DNA of 62,845 nt, counting the filler, from Collodictyon triciliatum (lineage: Eukaryota): assembly GCA_043381765.1 (NCBI GenBank). It is 14 parts of 14 records of this genome, joined end to end, with 100 filler letters (N's around TTAATTAATTAA, not from the genome) between each part and the next. Parts side by side here need not be neighbours in the genome. Positions count along the whole stretch, not along the records: positions 53,968 to 58,357 come from JBHJMP010006153.1; positions 58,458 to 62,845 come from JBHJMP010006154.1; 12 more parts are not named here. One strand, given 5' to 3'. Below, one piece after another: positions 54,367 to 62,845 of the stretch. Below the pieces are notes generated by a model. It did no database searches. It was given only the letters and a program-made list of their open reading frames with translations, and had not been told where the DNA came from. Made by a program: the position numbers and the translations under genes. Position 1 is the stretch's first letter, and each line of letters opens with the position of its first letter.

Positions 54367-56994
54367 AAGGGCCCTAAAATCCGCATCTCTGGTGTTGCGC
54401 TCCTCTTTCGCAACAAGAACCACATTAAAATGCATCTCCTCTTCCTTTCTCATCTTTATTTTTGCTGGTTGCATGCCACCCATCATCGCTGCCCCCAACT
54501 TCGCGCGCAGATTGCGATGTTCTCTGAGTTATTGTCATTTGCTGTGCACCAGAATAAACACATCTGAAAAAGACGTCAACACAGCGTATACTACGTTCTA
54601 TTGCCAAACTTTAGTTTCTAGAGCGCCTTTTTCTATTGCCCAATCTCCAGTCATTCCCTGGTAGAAGACTCGTGTACTTTTCTTATTATTGGAATAACTA
54701 GTCTGGCATTATTCAGTGAATATTTTTCTCAAACAGCTCATTTGAAAAAAAAAATCAAAAAAAGCAACTAGAAAACTGACTTGGTGAGCAAAATATGTAA
54801 TATTGCTTCTATCTGTTTATTTTTTACAAAAAAATCGTCTCATTTTAAAAAAAGAATCATTAAGTTTGTTGGAAATTACAATATAAATATTCTGAATGAT
54901 GTTTCTTTCCATCACATTTTCCGTCGAGCAAACCCTACCAATCGACCAAGTTGTATATATCCTTCTAAACACTACAAAAGTCATTCGCTAATCTAACGAT
55001 GCCAGTTATAGATTGTTGATAAACATGGGCCATACAAAAACATAAATCATTGTTTTTTTTTTTTTGAAATTGCCACCAGTGTATACAAAACTTGTCTGAG
55101 ATTGTGCAGTTGAAAAGACTCGTAGGAATCGATTTTCGAATTAATTGCCATGTGCGCACTTTCATCAGTCTGACAACTTTATTCACTCCTCTGTCAATCC
55201 CGAATACAACCAGAAATCGCGGTTGAATTTAACACCTCGGGTGGAATTGTCTGTGTGTGAGAACACTTTTTCTCCTTTCTCTCTTGTTTTTTCCTCTTTT
55301 TTTTTCCAAAACAACAAAAAAATCTGACCACATAATCCGAGGTTTCTACTGTCTCGTTCACAGTTCATTGTTGTCCTAGAGGCGAAGGCGGCTTCTTCGA
55401 CTATGTTTTCTCAATAAACTGTCGAAATGAATCCAAAAAAGAAAAAACCGCCACGACATGACATACTGCCTTATTTTTGGTGTGTCGCTTTTTTTATCTT
55501 TTTTATTTAAGTTTCAATCAATTCTTACACATTAGTGCCTTGGGTGAACACATCACAAAGCATATGCAGATATAAGAGTAGAGGGACAATGAAACCAGAT
55601 GAAGAAGTCAGGGTAGAGTATTGTTCTGGAGAGTAAACCACCCATTTGATTAAGCAGATGGATGGTCGAGGTTTTTTGTGAAAGCAGAATGTATCAAATG
55701 AGACATCTCTCCTTTTGTTTGGCTGATGACAGAGAAGCCACGAATTGGGCAGTTTCAGCATATTATTGAAGAATTTATTTTAAACCATACATTCCAGCAT
55801 GGACCGATTGATTTCTCGTTCGATCGAGATATTGGTGGAAGAGAAGACATATTAAAAATCTAGAAAATTAAAAATATTTCTTTGTTACTCTCTGCAGTGT
55901 TGTGTAGTCGTGTATCGTGTAGATATTATGGGTCAACTATCACATCAGATGTGCAAATGGGCGGTGAGGAGCACGATGAACATCACAGGTTGTAATCTGT
56001 GAATATAGTGTGCTACTTTATGAGTAATATAGAACTAACTAATTGTTTGTTGGATGCCTCTTTTATTTTTATTTTTGGTTTATACAAGGAGAGTTAAAAA
56101 AATTATATATATTTTTTTGAGAAGTCGAGGATATGTGTATTTTCAAATTTTAACTTTGGTCTACATATGCATAATATAAATCAGTGCATTCACAGGATGC
56201 TGCAGGATGCATCCAAGAAATTAATTTAATAGAGTAAGGATTTATAATGCCAGATCATGCACAAAGACGCCCAGCACTTAATCAAAATTTAAACTTTCCT
56301 GGTCGAGAAAATCTCAAAATGCACACAACTTAAAAAAAGAAAGTTAACATTTGGCAATAAACAGAGGGCAACAAAAAATTAAGGAGAAGAAATTTGAATT
56401 TCTGATGAGATTAGAGGGAAAATAACTAGCTATGATTACTTGGCTATTTTAAAGTATTTTTGTCAGTGTTTTACTCAGAAAGTTAGTGTCACCTTTGTAT
56501 GGGCAGATAGATTAAGTATAAGCGATAAAAATTCATGAAAGACATCATTATCATGATAATTTCATCTCATTGGATATTTAAGCTCTATTTATTCTGCAGA
56601 GATGCCAATATGCACATAATTGCTTTTATGACAAAGTTGTAATTTATAAAATTTAAGGAAGATAAAATGCTTGCAAAGCATTTATTAGCTGGTGTCTGAC
56701 ATATCAATGTCAAGCAATTAGATGTGATGTTAAAATGAATACGATAGTTTGTCAGATTATTAATTGAATTTTACTGCATAATTTGATAATCTAAGTTGAT
56801 ATGTGATTATAATTGTATGTGGTTGATAGGCGATATATGTAGTTTCTTGTCTTTAAATTCACTAGATTTTTTTTTGGAAATTAAATTTTTTTTATTTTAT
56901 TACGAGTACAGAACCACAAAAACAAATTTATAATTGCTTTTTAAATATCATTTAAAGTACATTCTTAAATTTTATCATCATGCAGAAAGTAAAA

Positions 56995-57204
56995 TATCCA
57001 ACTCCTGCTGCTCACACAACCAATCAACCAGTTGGGACACCGGCCTGACCAAATCGCTATCACTGATTTCTTTCCAACGCTAGCCTCTCCACAATAGTCT
57101 TCTCCTACTAGCGCTTGCTCTCTGCCATGCGCACCTATATCGCCCCTTTGTATGGTATAACCTCGCTACAATTTGAATCGAATAAAGGGGGACAAAAAAA
57201 GGTA
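56995..57204 (+). mobile_element. About 210-nt 3' fragment of the same non-LTR retroelement, with decayed TSD
   Basis: Closely similar to 16028-16215. Ends TTTGAATCGAATAAAGGGGGACAAAAAAA. Flanks CATGCAGAAAGTAAAA (56979-56994) and CATGTAAAAAGGAAAA (57205-57220) match at 13/16. Confidence 0.75.
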
Positions 57205-58457
57205 CATGTAAAAAGGAAAAATGGATGATACCAATTCACCTCATGATACAATATGGCTGCGTAGGTATTCGACATTTGAGGCGCCAGCGTCAACATGGGA
57301 TTAAAGATGGAATCGAACGGGTCGCCCGGTGTGCCGATGTGTCGCACATAACACGAGACCTGATTGGAGAGTGCGCTGAAATCACCTTTGAGAGGCGGGA
57401 AAAGGTTGTCAAATACGGAGACCAAACGCTTGAGCTCTACTTTGCAAATGAAAGCAGCGACGCAACAGTCGGGATGCCCCGTGAGTGGTAAATGACATGA
57501 GTCGCTTGATGGGGCAACGGGAGGAGACAGGGCAGTACCGAGCCAAGATTGGAATAAAAGGAACAAACAAGACCACTTGAGACTATCGTGATATTCGTTT
57601 AGTGTGAATGAATGTAATTACCATTTAATTTCTTGCTGAAGAAAGCCGAGATTCGAGGAGATGTTTACAGGAACAAGCTTAAATTATTCGGAAGAGTGAA
57701 ACCCCCAAATGCAGAATAAGTTGTGCACCAGTTACCAGTAGTTGAGCTGGAAATATGGCTGGCATGAATTATAAGGTGCCACACTTCTCTTGTCTTCTCT
57801 TGCCTCTTCAACAGATTGTCGTAATAATGGGAAAAAAGGTTCAATAATTTCGAGAAATATTTTTCTCATCCAACACACAAAGCACACCTTCTTATATCTA
57901 TAAGTATTAGGATATGATGTAACTGAAATAAGTACACAAAAATAGATGAATCAGTAAAGCGCGATATCAGATACAATCCTGACTTTGGAAAATGTTTTTT
58001 TATGGATTGCTATGAAGCTGTCTTTATCTATTGGTTTTACACAAAAACACACTGGTGGCAATCTGTGCCTTAAGGATGAGTATGGTATATGAGCGCTGCC
58101 GGGCGCGACCAATGGAGCATGTTGCCTGGGACTTGCCTACCTTCGCAGGGAGACGACCGAGCGCTTTGTGCCACAACAAAGGCAAAGCCACACCATAGCT
58201 CGCATCGATTTCAGAGTCAGCGCACACACCAACCCAGGCAAAACCCCCGCCAACCCCAAAGACTCCACAAGAGGCTCCCCTTCCGCTGCGGACAAAGACC
58301 CAAACGTGCCCTCCAACTCGGCAGGCACGCTCACAGGCAAAGCCGCACCCAACGCCGNNNNNNNNNNNNNNNNNNNNNNNNNNNNNNNNNNNNNNNNNNN
58401 NTTAATTAATTAANNNNNNNNNNNNNNNNNNNNNNNNNNNNNNNNNNNNNNNNNNNN

Positions 58458-58542
58458 GTGAGTGAGTGAGTGAGTGAGTGAGTGAGTGAGTGAGTGAGTG
58501 AGTGAGTGAGTGAGTGAGTGAGTGAGTGAGAGAGTGAGTGAG
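58458..58542. repeat. (GTGA)n microsatellite
   Basis: Seen directly. Confidence 0.95.
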
Positions 58543-58560
58543 AAATTTTAAGTAATATTT

Positions 58561-61500
58561 TTAAAGAGTTGTTCTAGCATCATTGAAATCCTTCATTTCC
58601 TGTTCTTCTCTTGTAACTATCCATCTGTTTTTCATGTAATTGATGGCAGACGATTTCATCACGAATTTGTAACTTGGCTCTAAAAATATTTTTATTTTTA
58701 ACAAAAAGGACACAAGCAAAGCAGGCCCAGCTTTCATTAAAGAGACTGCTGCAATCATTCCGTTCAGCAAAACAACCAGTGCCACAAGAAAATATTCTGC
58801 AGTTATACTAAGTTTTGTATATCTGAACAGAAGGCTTGTCATCAAGGTAAAGTAAAGGACTGATATTGAGTAAAGTTGTGACTTCCTGAGCACGTTGGAC
58901 ATAAATGGCTTGAAATGCAGAGATGATGCCATCGTCATTAAAAGTAACCACAATCCAAAGTAAATTTGCAAGGCTGATGAAAAGAAAATGCTTATCAAAA
59001 CGACTAGCAACTTTTGCATCATTGTCACGATTTCCCAGTAAAAACATTCTTCGGTGTATCCATCAACCAAAAATCGGAGTAAGTTGTATGTGCTTGATGC
59101 TGGGTCAATCAGTGATGACCTTTTGTAGAGCATGTATGCTGCTAGAATAAACGGGCCACCAAAGCAGTAAAGAATCACATAAACAAGAGCGATGTTTTTC
59201 CAAGCCATATATATTGCATCATCGCAAATTATTGACATGTCAGCTTTCAAGTAACTTTTATCACCAAACCTCTCGCAACGAAAGATATTTGATATTGACG
59301 ACATAATTGTGGGATGAACAAAAAATAGCATAACTAGCCCAGAAAATATAAACTCTTGGTTGATTTTGAAGAAAGTAACATCTCTGCCATTAATTTGATT
59401 GGTTCTTAGTTTCCATACAATTTTGGATGTGACTATGAAAAGAACTAGTCCTATTAACATCAGAGGGGTCATCATCGAAAACAGAACTTTATCATAAATT
59501 GTCATTTCAAATCTACATTCCATCGGATACGTGTCTATTGAAAGAGAAAAGGAAAAAAAAGCTGGTATTTTCATTATTGAGATAATAGTGGAGCTCCAGT
59601 CGACATCAAAGTTCGCCAAGTATGATAGAATTTGAAAATGGGATGCAAGTGTTTTTAGAATCTGTATTTTTGCCGTCTTTGGTTGTCTTGATTGCTCTAT
59701 CATAAACAGAACAAACAGCAGAGGTACTGCAATACTGAGGAATACTAAAAACCCACTCGTTCCTTGGTTGGGGCATTTAGTGCAATAAACACCGGTTTTA
59801 CCAAACCCCTTTTCACAAACACTGCATAAAGCTCCGGTATATCCTTCAGCACATGTGTTATTTCCTCCATTGCAAGCATCTTCATTATGGCATGGGTAAG
59901 CTATGTATTCTCCATTTGATGTTGGCGCTTGCCAATATCCAGGTGCGACACTCGGCCGACTGGTTCCATCACAAATAAAGCCTGTTGGACAATCTTTGCA
60001 TTGCTTGGTTTTCGAATCAAGATATGTAAATTGAAGACATTTGCAATCTAATATAGATACTGAGCCCGTCATATTTGTAAATGAATTTATTGGGCATTCT
60101 TTGCAAAAGTTTTGTCCATAATTTTCATTGTAAGTGCTTGGTGGACATTCGTAACAGTTCTTCTGCCTTTCATACCATCCAGGTTTGCATTCGCAAGTAG
60201 AATTCCTGAGTTCAAATCCTGTACTACAAATACAATCCGTCGAGTTCATCGAGCCATTATTTTTTGTGGTAAATTTATCACCACAGGATAGGCAGAAATT
60301 CGTGTCATTTGTTGATTTGTATGAGCCTAGTCTGCATGAGACGCATTTATTACCATCTTCGAATTGTCCCGGAAGGCATGTGCAAGCACCATTGAATGAT
60401 ATATAGGAATATAAGCACGTGCAATTATTGATTGAATCAGATCCTTCTTTAGTTGTTGTTGAGCGAGTAGGACATGAATTGCAAGAAGAGCTTCTCTCCG
60501 GGCTGTAACTTCCATTTGGACATGAAATACATGATGATACATTGAATGAGCCAGATTTATTATTGAATGTACCCGCTGGACATGATGTGCATGATGCTTG
60601 GCCACCCTTATCATTCCAAGTGCCTTGTGGACATTCAATACATGATTTTTTTCCATATGAGCCGGAGTATGAGTTGAATGTGCCTTTTGGACAAGCATAG
60701 CATGATTTTGAGTCTTTACGGATGTCCTCTTTTTGATAGAATCCAGGTGAGCATAAGCTGCATGATGCACCACCAGCTGAGCTGTAGCTTCCATTTTGAC
60801 ATGATATACATGATGATTGATTATATGAGCCAGTTTTATCGTTGAATGTACCCGCTGGGCATGATGTGCATGATGCTTGACCATATCTGTCATTCCAAGT
60901 GCCTTGTGGACATTTAATACACGATGTGTTTCCATATGAGCCGGAGTTTGAATTGAATGTGCCTTTTGGACATGCATAGCATGATTTTGAGTCTTTTGTG
61001 ATTCCTTCTTTTTGATAGAATCCTGATAAGCATAATGTGCATGCTGAGCTTCTCTCCGGGCTGTAGCTTCCATTTTGACATGATATACATGATGATTGGT
61101 TGAATGAGCCAGTTTTATCGTTGAATGAACCAGCTGGACATGATGTGCATGATGCTTGACCATCCTTATCATTCCAAGTGCCTTGGGCACATTCAATACA
61201 TGATTTTTTTCCATATGAGCCGGAGTTTGAGTTGAATGAGCCTTTTGGACAAGCATGGCATGATTCTGAGTCTTTCGTGATTCCTTCTTTTTGATAGAAT
61301 CCTGATGAGCATAAGCTGCATGATGTGCTTCTTTCTGAGCTGTAGCTTCCATCTGGACATGACACACATGATGATTGATCAAATGAAGCAGTTTTGTTGT
61401 TGAATGTACCAGCTGGACATGATGTGCATGATGCTTGACCATCTCTATCATTCCAAGTACCTTGTGGACATTCAATACATGATTTGTTTCCATATGAGCT

Positions 61501-62845
61501 GGAGTTTGAGTTGAATGTGCCTTTTGGACAAGCATAACATGATTCCGAGTCTTTTGTGATTTCTTCTTTTTGATAGAATCCTGATGAGCATGAGCTGCAT
61601 GATGTGCTTCTCTCTGAGCTGTAGCTTCCATCTGGACATGAAAGACATGACGACTGGTTGAATGAGCCGGTTATGTTGTTGAATGTACCAGCTGGGCATG
61701 ATGTGCATGATGCTTGACCACCTCTATCATTCCAAGCGCCCTGAGGACATTCAGTACATGATTTTTTTCCATATGAGCCGGAGTTTGAGTTGAATGTGCC
61801 TTTTGGACAAGAATAGCATGATTTTGAATCTTTTGTGATATCTTCTTTTTGATAGAATCCTGATAAGCATGAGCTACACAATGAACTTCTTTCTGAGCTG
61901 TAGCTTCCATCTGGACATGAAATGCATGATGATTGATCGAATGAGCCAGTTTTATTGTTGAATGTACCAGCTGGGCATGATGTGCATGATGCTTGACCAT
62001 CTCTATCATTCCAAGTGCCTTGTGGACATTCAATACATGATGATTCTCCATATGAGCCAGAGTTTGAGTTGAATGTGCCTTTTAGACAAGCATAGCATGA
62101 TTTTGAATCTTTTGTGATATCCTCTTTTTGATAGAATCCTGATGAGCACAAGCTACATGATGCGCTTCTCTCTGAGCTGTAGCTTCCATCTGGACATGAA
62201 ATGCATGATGATTGATTAAATGAGCCGGTTATGTTGTTGAATGTACCAGCTGGACATGATAAACATTCATCTCTTTGTTCATTACCATACGTTCCTTTCG
62301 GACACTCAGCACATGACGAGTTGCTTGTTGAGCCAAATCTCGGATTGTAAGTTCCATCAGTACAATTAGTGCACCCAGTCTGACCGATGTATGGGTTGTA
62401 CGAACCAGATTGACAAATTTCGCATGTTGATTCACCTGAATTATATGAAAATCTTCCTTGAGGACACAACTGACAACTGCTTATGCTGGTTGATGCAACA
62501 TTTGGATTAAAAGTCCCGGCTGGACATTTTCCGCAAGATTTCCCTTTTGTCGAATTCGAATACGTTCCTGGGTCGCATGGTGTGCAAAATGTTTTTCCTG
62601 ATTTTTCATTATAGAAACCTAATGGGTAGTCAAAACACGATTTCTGTCCTTTTGAAGGACTATATGTTCCTGGTTCACAATTATGGCATGATATCTGACC
62701 AGTTTTGTTGTTGTATTTTCCTTCTTGGCAAAAAATACAGGCACTAACACTTGTAGAACCAGTTGATGGGTTGTATGTGCCAGCTGCACATGAAAGACAA
62801 GTTACCTGACCAATAGATGGGTTGTATGTTCCAGCTGCACATGAA
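58561..62845 (-). CDS. Large Cys-rich surface protein (CxxCPxGT(F/Y), GCC2/GCC3-ephrin-receptor-like repeats) with a multipass C-terminal membrane domain; intronless, 5' partial
   Basis: The frame stays open from 62845 (SCAAGTYNPSIGQ...) through the 1302-aa ORF. CAEGYTGALCSVC is followed by roughly 9 hydrophobic segments. Confidence 0.9.
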   Translation of the reverse strand, partial: SCAAGTYNPSIGQVTCLSCAAGTYNPSTGSTSVSACIFCQEGKYNNKTGQISCHNCEPGTYSPSKGQKSCFDYPLGFYNEKSGKTFCTPCDPGTYSNSTKGKSCGKCPAGTFNPNVASTSISSCQLCPQGRFSYNSGESTCEICQSGSYNPYIGQTGCTNCTDGTYNPRFGSTSNSSCAECPKGTYGNEQRDECLSCPAGTFNNITGSFNQSSCISCPDGSYSSERSASCSLCSSGFYQKEDITKDSKSCYACLKGTFNSNSGSYGESSCIECPQGTWNDRDGQASCTSCPAGTFNNKTGSFDQSSCISCPDGSYSSERSSLCSSCLSGFYQKEDITKDSKSCYSCPKGTFNSNSGSYGKKSCTECPQGAWNDRGGQASCTSCPAGTFNNITGSFNQSSCLSCPDGSYSSERSTSCSSCSSGFYQKEEITKDSESCYACPKGTFNSNSSSYGNKSCIECPQGTWNDRDGQASCTSCPAGTFNNKTASFDQSSCVSCPDGSYSSERSTSCSLCSSGFYQKEGITKDSESCHACPKGSFNSNSGSYGKKSCIECAQGTWNDKDGQASCTSCPAGSFNDKTGSFNQSSCISCQNGSYSPERSSACTLCLSGFYQKEGITKDSKSCYACPKGTFNSNSGSYGNTSCIKCPQGTWNDRYGQASCTSCPAGTFNDKTGSYNQSSCISCQNGSYSSAGGASCSLCSPGFYQKEDIRKDSKSCYACPKGTFNSYSGSYGKKSCIECPQGTWNDKGGQASCTSCPAGTFNNKSGSFNVSSCISCPNGSYSPERSSSCNSCPTRSTTTKEGSDSINNCTCLYSYISFNGACTCLPGQFEDGNKCVSCRLGSYKSTNDTNFCLSCGDKFTTKNNGSMNSTDCICSTGFELRNSTCECKPGWYERQKNCYECPPSTYNENYGQNFCKECPINSFTNMTGSVSILDCKCLQFTYLDSKTKQCKDCPTGFICDGTSRPSVAPGYWQAPTSNGEYIAYPCHNEDACNGGNNTCAEGYTGALCSVCEKGFGKTGVYCTKCPNQGTSGFLVFLSIAVPLLFVLFMIEQSRQPKTAKIQILKTLASHFQILSYLANFDVDWSSTIISIMKIPAFFSFSLSIDTYPMECRFEMTIYDKVLFSMMTPLMLIGLVLFIVTSKIVWKLRTNQINGRDVTFFKINQEFIFSGLVMLFFVHPTIMSSISNIFRCERFGDKSYLKADMSIICDDAIYMAWKNIALVYVILYCFGGPFILAAYMLYKRSSLIDPASSTYNLLRFLVDGYTEECFYWEIVTMMQKLLVVLISIFFSSALQIYFGLWLLLMTMASSLHFKPFMSNVLRKSQLYSISVLYFTLMTSLLFRYTKLSITAEYFLVALVVLLNGMIAAVSLMKAGPALLVSFLLKIKIFLEPSYKFVMKSSAINYMKNRWIVTREEQEMKDFNDARTTL
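60480..62260 (-). repeat. Intragenic 279-bp (93-aa) tandem repeat, about 6.4 copies
   Basis: Equivalent motifs recur at about 60622, 60901, 61180, 61459, 61738 and 62017 (period 279). Confidence 0.9.

Noticed and set aside
57225-57491. 88-aa ORF and other GC-richer patches (24674-25570, 55525-55790)
   Set aside because: They could be decayed mobile or coding remnants, but I could not support any recognisable motif or splice structure.
60327-61631. 434-aa His/Ala-rich overlapping ORF
   Set aside because: An alternative-frame shadow of the 279-bp repeat in the Cys-rich gene.

Overview
This is eukaryotic (protist-type), intron-dense genomic DNA in the standard genetic code. The window is not one locus. 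It is 14 unrelated contigs of about 4.4 kb joined by artificial 100-nt spacers (N44-TTAATTAATTAA-N44), and most contigs end in microsatellites, so adjacency means something only within a contig. Genes recognised by manually splicing the exons (mostly partial): POC5, LAS1, a ZnF-UBP-like protein, a 2OG-Fe(II) oxygenase, tRNA-Ser(AGA), a NACHT-like NTPase-TPR protein, a two-repeat Myb factor, a sterol C4-methyl oxidase followed directly by cycloeucalenol cycloisomerase (CPI1), an SRPK kinase, an IQGAP/Sar1-type RasGAP, N-formylglutamate amidohydrolase, TM9SF3, FAB1/PIKfyve, a dCache-TM-HAMP class III cyclase and a large Cys-rich multipass surface protein. Three observations stand out. (1) SMO and CPI1 act at neighbouring stages of the cycloartenol sterol route and lie about 215 bp apart, with splice sites that would allow a single SMO-(SPAK)n-CPI1 fusion protein. 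(2) A 3'-anchored L1/Tx1-like retroelement family occurs in 5 of the 14 contigs, including ~25-nt micro-insertions with clean target-site duplications. (3) The receptor cyclase has substrate-specifying residues (Asp/Gly) that look guanylyl- rather than adenylyl-type. All family assignments come from motif recognition by eye; no database search was run.
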